A DNA stretch of 64,000 nucleotides, from positions 1,977,879 through 2,041,878 of the forward strand of contig MU057801.1 in the NCBI GenBank assembly GCA_013265495.1, given 5' to 3'. Position numbers and translations under genes: made by a program. Positions within the stretch are counted from its first letter, which is position 1, and the number at the start of each line of letters is the position of its first letter. Source of the stretch: Vicugna vicugna. Taxonomy: Eukaryota. This document shows positions 46,006 to 57,280 of the stretch, one piece after another. The notes below the pieces were generated by a model. It saw nothing but the letters and a program-made list of their open reading frames with translations. It was not told where the DNA came from and ran no database searches.

Positions 46006-48137
46006 GCTGTGAACACCAGTGTTCATAGTCTTTTTTTTAAAGAACTAATAGCTACAGGTTTCTTGTTGAATTGCCCCTCACTGGGCTGTTCAGAGTCTTC
46101 ATTTTCTTATCTGAAAAGTGACTCACCCAGGCCACACAGCTCGTGAAGGGGGTGCTGGGAACCAGAACTGACACCAAGTCCGTCGGAGGCTCAGAAGAGC
46201 AGCTCAGAGCGGCCCCAGCGGGACCCAGAGGCACGCGGGGGCTGATTTCAGGAGCATCCCTTAGCTCTCCGTGGACCATCAGGACCAGGTGCTTTGAAAG
46301 TGGAATTTCTCCAGCTGGAGTCCCTCAGCAGATACACACACACACATGCACACCTGTCAATGCCTGAGAAACCAGCCCATCCCCGTGGGGGAAATGAGGC
46401 TGCCTGAAGAGAATTTGCAGCACCAGAGGAAGACGATGTCCCGTCTCCGCAAAACTCAGGAGTGGGACGCACTGCCCCGGGGGCTTCAGGACGAATGAAG
46501 AGCCTCTGAAGTCAAGCTCATCATAACGGGGACATTTATTTCCTTTTCTGCCGTGTTGATGATTCTGACTTTACACACGGACACTACATTTGGAGGGAGG
46601 AGCACTGTTTATTTCTTAAAACATTAAAACAGGGAGGAAATGCGTTGAGAAAACGTCAGCATACGTGCAAAAAGTGAGCGCTCCCTTTGTTCTTTCCCCC
46701 ACAGGGCAGCGTGAAGGCCGCGAATGCACTTTGGGGGAAAGGCAGCCAGACTCACGGGCCCTCCCACCCGTGTGGGCTGGTCTGACCCCGCTCCTTTCTC
46801 AAGTCTTTCTGGAAAGACGCCTGGAGGAGAGAGACAGAGAGAACTCTGCCCTCTGCTCAGAGCCCGGCGGCAGGAGGCCGGGTCCCCACAACTGACACAA
46901 GCGCTGCTGCTCGCCCCGCCTTGGGCGCCCCCCACCCCGCACGGAGTCAGCCGGGAGGCGGAACCACCTGGGCGAGTGTGTGAACAGCAGGCCTTCCGAG
47001 GCGCGCGCCTTCCGACTCCGCCCTGTAAGTCCGTCAGGGGATGATTACAGTCACGGCTGTCTGGCTCCCTTCCCAGCAATTCTGACAAAATTGTCTGGGG
47101 GCGGGCGGGCAGGGCGGGGCTGGACACACGAGTCTTTAAGACGGGCTCCCTGCGATGTGAATGTGCAGCCAGCCGGTGCTGAGACCCACGTACGAGGAGA
47201 GGGGACGGGTCCCCACACCTGCCAGCGGGTGGCGAGGGCCCCTGTCTGCGTCCTGCAGGCTCAGCTCTCCCCGACTCACCGAGGGCCCAGGACTTGGAGC
47301 TGGGTCGCTCCGGAGACCGAGGCTCAGGAAAGGAAACAAGGCTGTCTCCAGTGGAAGCAAAACCTACACCTGCCGGCGACCAACAGATAACCCTGAGTGT
47401 CCCCAGTATTTTTTTTTAAAGAAACAGACCCCAGTGAAGAGCACGTGCTCCCACCTCCTGTAACTGCATCGCCCCCCGCCCGGGCTGCTCCAGGGCCCCG
47501 CATCCAGCGTCTCGCGCCAGGCCCTCGCGCTGCCGGCCGAGCGTGTGGTGGGATTTTGCAGCTCTGCGCCCCCCCGGCTACCGGTCCCCCCTCGATCCTC
47601 TGCGCACAAGTGCTGTAGGCCGTTGAGCCTGGGCGCCAGCTCTGTGGGCCACCCCCATCTCCTGGGATGAGAAAGGAGGGGGCTGGGGGCTCTCACTGCA
47701 GAACCCCTTCCCTCCCGTCCCTCACTCTGAAGGGTCAGGCTTCATACCAGGACCTGGCAGGTGGAGACAATGAGAAAATGAGTGACAACCAGCTCAGATG
47801 TGGGGCGGGGCTGGAGGGACGTTCAGTCAGATGGGGGGCGGGGCTGGAGGGATGCTGGGTCTTGGTGGGGTCTTCTCAGTGCTGACTCCCCCAGGACTAC
47901 GTCTGAAAGTGACTGCAAAGAACAGCAGGGGTTTGTCAAGATCGAGGATGCCCTGCAAAAGGCATCGGGCGATAACTTCCAGAACTCTCCTGCTAGCTTC
48001 TTGGAAACCCACTGGAGGGCTAATGAGAGCAAGCAGAACCAAAAGAGCAGTACATGGTTATGCCTGGCTCATGCCTCCCCCGCCGGGGACCGGGTTTTGT
48101 CTTCACTGGCTGGTTTCAGAGTTTGATGACTCCAGCA

Positions 48138-48268
48138 ACATTGTCCCCACTTACAGCTGAGCTGGCTGCGCTCAGAGAGGCTGGCTCGTTTACCCAGGGT
48201 AACACAGCCCCTCAAGGCCAGCGCTGGGTTCCAAGCCGAGACTGCAGGATTTGAGGCTGCGTGACCTC
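48138..48268 (-). mobile_element. MIR SINE relic
   Basis: TGTCCCCACTTACAGCTGAG...GCTCAGAGAGG...CCCAGGGTAACACAGC. Confidence 0.6.
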
Positions 48269-51200
48269 CAGCGACAGCGGTCAGCAGTCACTTCTTCATT
48301 AAAATCTTTCCCCGGCAGCGGCCTCACTGCCGCCCTCCCCCCGGCACTTGCCAGCTGTGCCTACTGTCGGCTACTCAACACCCTTCTTTGCATCTCGGGG
48401 TCAAGTCCTGGGCTTGTCACCCTCAGGCCTGCTCCAAGGCTCTCCAGAGAAACAGCCTGGGCAGGTACGCCCTCCTGACCCGGGCCTTTCTCCCCTTCCT
48501 TCCCTCCTGTTTACTTGCTGAGCCCTACCTGTCCTCCGGGGGACCGTGGAGGGTCGTGACAGTCACGGGGCCCAGCAGACCCTGGGCCACTCATCAGCTC
48601 TGCAGCGGGGAGCCACGGTCCCTACAAAACGGGGCTAGGAGGTTGCGAATGCGGGATAGAGAACAGAAAGGGCCAGAGCAGGCTTGGTGTTTAGCACAGC
48701 AGGCTGTTAAACTCGAGCCGCAGCCAAGGAGTGGGTCTGGGCCAGACAGGTTCTGTGCTGGCCTGGGCTCCATCTTTCCGCACTAGGTCAAGCTCTCTTC
48801 GCTTGTCTGAACTTAAGTTTCTCCCCGTGCGCCCCTCCGCCACCCCGCCCCACACCCTGCTCTGGAACCCCTGGCACCTCCCAGCTGGGGCCGCACAGCG
48901 TAGCGGGCCGTCCTCCTCCACGCGCTTCAGCTGTGCAGCAGGTCGACTGTCAGTTCTTGAAGACAGTTGGCGGGCGGGTTTTACGTGTCTTGGACATCGT
49001 GCTAGGAGCACAGTGGGGTAATGGGGCCATGCTGGCCACTGGCCTCTTTGAAACAAAGCTCCAGAAGGTGATGCCGGGCAGTGCTTAGGAGAAGCTCAGA
49101 CGCCCGGAGCTAACGCTGCCCGCCTGGGTCTGCAGCGCCTCCTACGCCCAGAGTGGGCGCCCACCGGGTGCGCCCGCCGCACACCTGGCCTGGGTGTGGG
49201 ACTGGTCCCCGGCTGCACGTGTACCTGGGAGCAGCTTGACTGAAGCAGACGAAAGAATCATCAAAGCGGCATTTTCCTTCCGTGGGGCAGAAGGTCCCCG
49301 GGGAAAGGCAGGGTTATTCCCGAGGGCCTGCAGGCAGGGGGAGCGCCGCTGTGTTCCTGAGTGACTCTGCCTCCCCGCGGGCGGGGGTGGGGGGCTTCGC
49401 TGAGCGCTAGGAGCCCACGGGCTGTGAACCCAGCAGTATTTACGTACGCTGGAAAATAGACACTGACATTAAGTGATCAGCACCGTGGCTAAGACAGGAC
49501 TTCATCAACTGTCAAGAGCACGACAGTACTGCTAAGACTAAAGTCTAAAGCAGAGCACACGCGCTAACATCGATGAAATCGTTTACTCGCTATCTTTCAA
49601 GTTAAGTGGACACCTTGTCAAAGCAGGTTAGTCAAGTTCAAATCAGAGCTCATGGCGACACTTTCCATCTTCCGGAAGATGGTTGCAAAGAATACCACTT
49701 TTAAGCGTCTTGACCTCAAAACAGGCCTTCATCCTCAACGATGCCGAAGCCCTCTGGGGCTGCCTGTGAAGAGCCGTTCCCTGGGGGGGGCAGGTGAAGG
49801 CGTGCGGAGGCCCGAGGAGCCGCTGATTAGAGACAGTGGGGACAGGGCGGGTCTCTCAGGAAGCGAGGCCCTGTCGGCTGTGAGCTCGTTGTGCTGCAGG
49901 GTGAATGTGCCGTCGCTCTGCCACGATCACAGGACACAACACAGTGCTCTGAGACATGCGACCCCGTGGGGAGTGAAGAGCCCAGGACGTTTGTTCCCAG
50001 ATACTAAAGTATTTCCTTAAACATGGATTTTTCCAAAGCACATCCTCCCATCTACAATCACATTTTAATCTCACAAGTCTGACCAGAAAATCCCTTTGAG
50101 AGACTCGTGCTTCTGGACTATTGGTCAGTGATGGGCCCCCAGAAAGGACTTTGCAAACACAGTCTGGATGTGGAGCCCACCCACAAGTCCAGAGCCACGG
50201 GGAACCTTCTGGAAGACGCGCGGAATTCTTAATGACCGTGACTTGTGTTTTTACAACCTAGTCTTTGAGGTCTGAAGGACTGAGTCTCAAATATTAAAAT
50301 AGCAACCCACGTCGAAAAATCAGAGCATTAGTAGCTGCGAGGCGGCCCATCAGCAGTGACGTGGGCATTTGACAACACCCGCCTCAGAGCGGTGTTTCGT
50401 CGAGGTCTGGGCATCAGAGATGAGTGATGCTTAAGAGGGCGGCTCCCGAGCCTGCCGAGGTGGGCTCCCGGCTCCCGGCGTCCCCTCTACACTCCAGCCC
50501 TGCCCTGCAGAGGGAGCCCGCCTCCCTCAGCCGGACGGCCCTGCGGGGCATGAAGCCAGGAGGCATCACGCCTTCAGAATGTCTCCCTGACCTTTTCTGC
50601 TCGAGGGGGTCTCGGACCCAAAGGTCAGCTGTGTGGTGTGCGAGACAAGAGTGGTCTCCTTGGGTCTGCTCGGGGCTGGACAGGACACGGGGCCGGGCAG
50701 GTGCTGGCTCTCTCCTTCGGTTCACAGCTCAGCACGTGCGTGCGGGTGGGCACCTGCGGTGGGCACCTGCGGCCTGGCCTGGGGGCTGCCGAGCAGGCCC
50801 TTCTGACTCTGCCTTTCTTTTCAGTTCTAACTGCCTGGTCCCCTTCTCATCCTAAAACCCAGAATAATTAAAAGTTAGACTCAAGTCTCTTGACGTCCAG
50901 GGATATCAGATTTTTCCTGCATTTGCCAAAAGATGATTTTACCCAATTTTGGGGAAGTTTGCCAGAAAGACAAGTGATTTGAAAACAACTTGTGGTTTCT
51001 CTGAACTGAAATTCTTGAAGGAGAAGCATTGCTGATGCCATACACAAACGCACCCTACGACCCCTTTGGCGGGAAGTGGCTGGGCCGGCAGAGCGGCGGT
51101 CTGTCTGCCGGGCGCTGGGGCTCGGAGCGGGCCCGCCTGTCCCGGGCAGTCAGGCGGAGCAGACTCTGCCCGAGGCCAGGGCTGTGTGCTAGCGTCCAGC

Positions 51201-53334
51201 GCCCGGAGTCTGCCGAGTCCCGGCTGCAAACACAGCCAGAGCTGGTCACCCGGCCCGGACGGCCAGTCCCAGCTCCTGCGACGGGGATCCCAGCCGACCC
51301 CCCGTCCACTCAGAGCCTGGGGCAGAGGGCCCACGGCCGCCTAGGATTCAGGGGGGAAAGAGACCGAAACCCCAGGAGCCGTGACCAGCGCTCAGCGAGG
51401 GCGCGCCCCGGGGATGCTAACACCTGTCTCTCCTCCTGCGGGTGCGGAAGCGGAAGCCGAACCAGCTCCCGGTGAGAGAGAAACGCTCGCTTCCCGCATT
51501 AGGAAGGGGTTATCGGGCTCTGGGCTCGAATCCTGTTTCCAGAAGTGCGGCTGGGGTGTCGGAGACGCTGAGTGAGAAGGACGCAGCGTGGCCCGGCGCC
51601 CGCTTGACTCTGCGACCCGGGTCAGTCTCCCAGGGCCGCTCCCAGCCCTGCAGCCTGAGGACCCGGAGCTGCCGGGAGGGACCCCGGGGCCCCTCCTGCA
51701 CCGGCCAGGTTGTGCAAGGGGAGGGGGGCAGAGTGCTCCACGTGGGGGCTGCCCGCGCAGACCCCGCCCGCAGCCCGCCTGCCTCCCTCTGCCCCGGGAC
51801 CGGCACTCAGGGTAAAACACCCACGTGCACTGGGGGCCACACCCCCACGTCCTGTCTGGCTTCTGTCGCTGTCCCGTTTTGGTGCACAAAGTGCCTCCTT
51901 TGGTGTCTGTGAATTTGTTTTGTTTGACATAATCTGGGCCAAACGTCCTGTTCCTTCTCTGTTGTCGATCGTTCCCAGCCTGGTTCTGAGAAGGCCATGC
52001 TCTCCTGTCCTGTCACCCGCAGCTACAGAGAAACTGGGCCCCCAGCAAAGACCTGCAGGGACAGACACGCCAAGACGCCAGCAGCACCTCCTGGGGCTCC
52101 TTGGGGGAGAAACAGCCGCTGGCGTGTGAGCTCCTCGGCTCTCCTGCGCAGGGCAGACCCCGGACTTGTGCCGTCTGCTGTAACCAGCAGGACAAGTGAG
52201 CGATCCCAGGCCAAAGGCAGCTCCTTTCTCTGGGGTCTTGCCCAGCTCCGGCCAGCGCTGCTCTCAGCCAGGCCAGTCTCAGGGGAGCCCAGAGGCCGGG
52301 GTCTCCACGTTGTCACCTCATCAGCTCCCTGGGGTCTCGGACAAACACTGCCTTCCTAGCCAAGGAAATAATGTGCTCCTTGTGATGCAAAGCCCCCTGG
52401 GGAGACCGCGAGGAGCTTCCTGGCCCCACTTTGAGCGCAGCTGTCCGAGGCCCCTCCTGCAAAGCAGCTGGACGGAGCGCCCGGCGGGGCTCAGGTGGGC
52501 AAACACCGCTTCAGAAGGGAGAGCCGGGAGGGATGTGTATTCCCCGGGCGGGCAGGCTCCGCGTGGCATGGAGATGCAGATTTCCTCTCCGCTTCCGGTG
52601 TCACAGCCAGGCCTGGTTGGAGGCTTTTCAGAGCATCGCACCTGGACCACTGCTGCCAGAAAGAGAGCCTTGCGCTGAGCTTTCAGGAGGCGTTGGCTGG
52701 ACTCTGGCTCTGAGTCCCTTCAAGGGAAGATCTTTAGAGGAGGGCCTGGGGCCTTTGAGCCACATTCCCCCACCCTCAGGGGCCACTCCTCCGGACACTC
52801 GAGGGGTGGCTCTAATTGTCTCAGTGACCAGTTCGTGTTTGAAGATTCCAGCCTCCGCTCCTTCCCCTCTTTGCTACAGACACGTCTTCAAAACAAAACA
52901 AAACAAAACCACTTCAACGTCTTGCCACTGGGACTGGCAAGACCCTGCCGCGGCTCCCTGTGATCTGCGAATCACATTGAAGCTGATTCTCTGGGCCGCC
53001 CACAGGGCCCCCAAACATCATGTCCTCACGGCAGCGCCCTGCCGTCCGGCCCGGGCAGGGTGCACCCCCCGCCGCTACTCACACAGTGCATCCGAGCGCA
53101 GAGCCAGCCCGCCTCGCCGGCTGGCCCGGTGCCTCATGTGCAGCCTTAGCTTTGAATCCTGCTCTGCCCCGTGCACACGTTTTTAAGACTCTCAACAGGA
53201 GACTTCCTGCTGCCTGGCCCACCCACAGCGTCCTCCTTGGCACTGCAGCCCCGGCCCCTGTTCCCACTCCAGACAGCCGCGTCTGAGGCCAAGCCCTATT
53301 TGTCTTTATTTCTCCTTGCAGACTTAAAACAAAA

Positions 53335-53923
53335 TGTTTTTATTGAGGCGTAGTTGGTGTACAACATTGTGCTAATTTCCTGTGTACAGCATAGTGGTTC
53401 AGAATCAAAAAGCATATGTATTTTGTTTTTCATATTTTTAATTATAGGTTGTTACAGGATATTGAATACAGTTCCCTGTGCTACACAGTACAACCTTATT
53501 TTTTTGTTTTGTTTTATTTCTTAGGACCTTTTTGTTTGTCTATTTTATGCATGGTAGTCAGTATCTGCAAATCCCTAACTCCCCTTTTCCTCCCCACCCC
53601 CTTCCCCACTGGTAAGCGCCATGCTGTCCTCCACAGTGGCTGCCAAACTTACACCCCCACCAGCAGTGCGGGAGGGCTCCCTTCTCCGCAGCCCCCCTAG
53701 CACTTGTCGTTTGTAGACTTCTTAATGGTGGCCATTCTGACTGGTGTGAGGTGATGCCTCACTGTGGTTTTGATCTGCAATTCCCTGATGATGAGCGGCG
53801 CTGAGCGGCCTTTCACGTGCCTGTTGGCCACCTGTACGTCTTCTTTGGAGAGACGTCTGTTTATGTCTTGGGCCCGTATTTTAATTGCGTTGTTTGTTTT
53901 TCGATACTGAGTTGCATGAGCTG
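53335..53923 (-). mobile_element. L1 3' portion with an internal deletion (3'UTR fused to an ORF2 segment)
   Basis: The 3'UTR (TTTATTGAGGCGTAGTTGG...CCCCACTGGTAA) joins directly to antisense ORF2 (CCATGCTGTCCTCCACAGTGGCTG...GCCATTCTGACTGGTGTGAGGTGA...TCTTTGGAGAGACGTCTGTT). Confidence 0.88.
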
Positions 53924-54109
53924 ATAAACTCGTGTTTTTGATCTGTTTGTGCCTTCATTTTATGAGAAGGGACTTTGGCATGCTGTCAGATTTCCTGAAC
54001 CCCATCTTTTCTGCGTGTCGCTGACTCTCCGACTCCAGATGTGACGATGCCATGCATATACGGTTACTGCTGGGGGAAGGGTCTTTCGATGGCGGCAATC
54101 TGTGTGATT

Positions 54110-54420
54110 GCTGACTTCCCAGCCTCCTTTGCCGTTAAAAGTGATCATGAGACCAAGTTCCGCCAATGACACGTGAGCCGAGGGGACAGACGCGCTTTTC
54201 AGGCCTGGGGACAGAGCTTTCCTTCTCTGTCTGCTGCGTGCACGTCAATGCCCAGGGCAGCCTCGGAAGTTCCACGCTGAAGGTGACTGGGCTGCTCTGT
54301 GGAGCAGACGCTTTCTGGCCCCGCCCTCCCTCCCCGTCACCAGGGGTCAGCGTGGCTGTGTTTGGACTCCACGCGAGTCAGAAATGCCAGTGTCGCAGCA
54401 GCGGGAAGCCCTGAAAGCAC
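54110..54420 (+). mobile_element. LTR16-like ERVL LTR relic
   Basis: CTTCCCAGCCTCCTTTGCCGTTA...CATGAGACCAAGTTCCGCCAATGACACGTGAGC...GCCTCGGAAGTTCCACGCTGAAG. Confidence 0.6.
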
Positions 54421-56706
54421 AGCCTCTAGGGAGACCCCGTCCTGCAGGCAGCCAGGCCCCTCCATCGCGCCGAGAGCCGACCCCACGCTCACTTGCTCTT
54501 CCGGGCACACGGGAGTTAGGGATTAGAACCCGCAAGGTGCACCCCTGAGAGGGGACAACTTGGGTGGCCGGCAGAGCTGTGGGGCAGCACCCTGGGCATC
54601 GCTGGAAGGGGCGCGGGGTTGGGGGGCAGTCCTCAGCTCCAGTGAATCCGGGAGGGCTGCAGGGTGGTGGGAGTGGGGGCAGGAAGGAGGGGGCAGTGCA
54701 GGAGCCATCAGGAGTGCCTCCCCACCCCATCAGGGTGCCCCTGCACCGGGCAGACAGAAGCCAAAGCCAGAGGCTCTCTGATTAGACACGAGAGTGGAAG
54801 GCAGGGCGGGAGACTTTGTGGCTCCACCGTCGCAGGACGTGATGCTGGACACCAGCCCCTCCCTTGACACCAAGCGGGCAGGCGGCCACCATGGTCCCAC
54901 CCCCACCCCAACTGCTGACAGGAGTTTGGAGGCTGCTTCTCCTGAGTCCCGAATGGTGAGGCAAGTCCTCCACATCTTGACACTTTTGGGGTGGGGCTCC
55001 CCAGTGGAAAATCGGGGTCACTGCTGTGTTAAGCACCAGTCACAGCAATTTCCTTCCCCCGTGTCTCACCATCAGACCCGCTCACCCTGCAGACGGCTCC
55101 TGTGCGCCACTGAAGCCCTCCTCCAAGCCGGCAGCCTCACACTGTTGCCACACATGAAGTTCACAGACAGCACATGCTCCATGTCATTGAATAGCCAGCT
55201 AGTGTTCGGGTTTCCAACTGCCTCATAAATGCGGGGGTTTTTTGCATTTCTTTAAATTAGGAATCAAATTATTTCTGCATGTGGCAATAGGCTAACATGT
55301 TTGCAAAGTCTCCTTTAATTCACAGGGTCCCTCTCTGTCTCTCCCCCTCACACGCATGTACGGGTGGTCTTCCCTGCAGGAAAGCTACCTTCCTAAACTC
55401 CGTGCCAGGGACACACAGGCTCGGCCCTCCTGCCCCCAACTCGGCCGGTGCCTGTCAGGGCACCTCCCCTTGGAGGATGAGGCAGAGCAGGGGCAGCCCC
55501 GCCCAGCACAGCCCCGAGAGCTTGCCCACGCTCACGGGATGCTGACTCTTAACAATGCTACATACGACATGAAAAAACCCACAAAATGCAGGCGTCTCAC
55601 TGTACGCGTGAAGCAGTGAGAGATCCTCTCTGTGCTGACTCTGCAGACGGCCACCTCCTCCACCCCCGCCATCTGTTTGTGAATCGTGGGCGAGAATTCA
55701 TTAGGAAGACTGGACCTTCTGCCTGGTGAGCGCTCACGCTCGGGGGCGGCTGGGTCCAGCCTGTCCCGAAGGATTTTATGCCAGATTTGAGCAAATGTGA
55801 AATAAGTGCCCTGGAGCAGCCCTGGAGAAGGAGCGACCTTCTTACAGGTTTGGGGCCGGGTGAGGATGAATCCACCAAGTGATGTGAACAGACAGTGCAC
55901 GTGGCGGGAACACAGGTTGTCACCACTTACAGAGGACAGCGCGTGACCCCCCAGTGCTGGGGACACACAGATGGGATCATGAAGGAGAGCCTCCTCCGGA
56001 AAAAGGGGGTGGGGTGCCTCATTCAGAGACATTCCTGGCCACACTTTTCTGTAACAAAGCAGAAGGCCCTACACAGTCTGGGTGTGTTAATTATGGCATT
56101 TTCCTTCTGTAGATTATCTGGCTATTTTAAATAGCAAGTAAGAACACTCTGACATAAGGAAATGTGATTTCCAAATGACATCAGGGAGGCAGAACAGAAG
56201 TTTTATTACACAAAATGCGCATATAACACACACGTGTGTACCTGAAGCGGGGTGGAAACAGGAAATAAAAACACAGGGGTTGGACCAGTGGGACCGTGAA
56301 CAGGGTCCCTGACTGCTCCAAGTACATGTCACCCCTGCAGGAAGGAAGAGAGGTTGGCAGAGGATGGCTCGTGTCTGCCAAGGCCCCAGAAAGTCAAGCC
56401 CCTTCGGGTTTCCTCTGTCCCCCGGCTCCCTCAACAGCGCCAGGAGTGTCTCCTCACAGCCCCAAGGCTCTTGTTCAGAGGACAGCCCTTCCTTGTGGGA
56501 GCTGCCAACAGAACAGGATGGTCTGTGGATTACTTACGTGGTACCCCTCCGTTAGCCCGGTTCTGGGCTCTGAACACAGTGGGACCTCCTCATGGTCCTT
56601 TTCCACACACCCTCTCATCCCACTGTCTCCAGTTTCCATCCTGCCTCCCCTTCCACCAGGCTCTTGTTCATTCAATTTCCTGTGCTCATGAAGTTAACAA
56701 AACTGA

Positions 56707-57013
56707 TGTATCAGTTAGCTGGTGCTGGGTAACAAAACATCCTCCTCTCAGTGGCTCCACATGGCCATCCCAGCGGGGAAGCTTCTCTCACATCAGAGGC
56801 AGAGCACAAGAGGAAACGTGAAATCAGACAAGCCTCCCGGTCCCAGGATCCAGACAAGAAAACATCCCGTCTCCCTTCCGGTTAGTGGCCAAATCAAGCT
56901 TCCTGCTCGAACCCAAAGTCAAGTGGCAGGAAAACACCCCCTCCCACCCCCCAGAGGCCAGGGTGTGGGTATGGGAGGGGTGAAGGTTTAGGTGAGGAAT
57001 GCAATCTACCACA
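56707..57013 (-). mobile_element. MaLR MLT1I/J-like solo LTR (internally deleted)
   Basis: Both termini are recognisable: TGTATCAGTTAGCT...GTAACAAAACA and GGGAGGGGTGAAG...GCAATCTACCACA (TG...CA). Confidence 0.72.
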
Positions 57014-57109
57014 GTGATGAGATGATCACAGCAACAGAAGGATGGCAGCAGAGGAGGGAACAAGCGCTCTTCAGGACTCACCGTGCATCAGACCCTAGAA
57101 CGACTGGGT

Positions 57110-57280
57110 TATGAACATCATTAATCCTCCCTGCTGTCCTGCAAGAGAGGACTTCCTCCTTCCACCACACTGGACTCCTCAGGGTTCCTAAACTCCCTAA
57201 AGTCACACAGTCAGTAAATGACAGAGTCTGGACCCAAGCCCAAGATTTGGAAACTGAGGTTTGATTCCAAAGCCCAGTGT
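57110..57280 (-). mobile_element. MIR SINE relic
   Basis: CATTAATCCTC...CCTAAAGTCACACAGTCAGTAAATGACAGAG...TGATTCCAAAGCCCAGTG. Confidence 0.65.

Noticed and set aside
46300..46320. GTGGAATTTCTCC as the TEAD core of the node enhancer
   Set aside because: A short match to an imperfectly remembered sequence, far from the expected position.
52431..53186. 251-aa ORF
   Set aside because: Non-ATG start, runs through an (AAAAC)n repeat, and has no recognisable homology.
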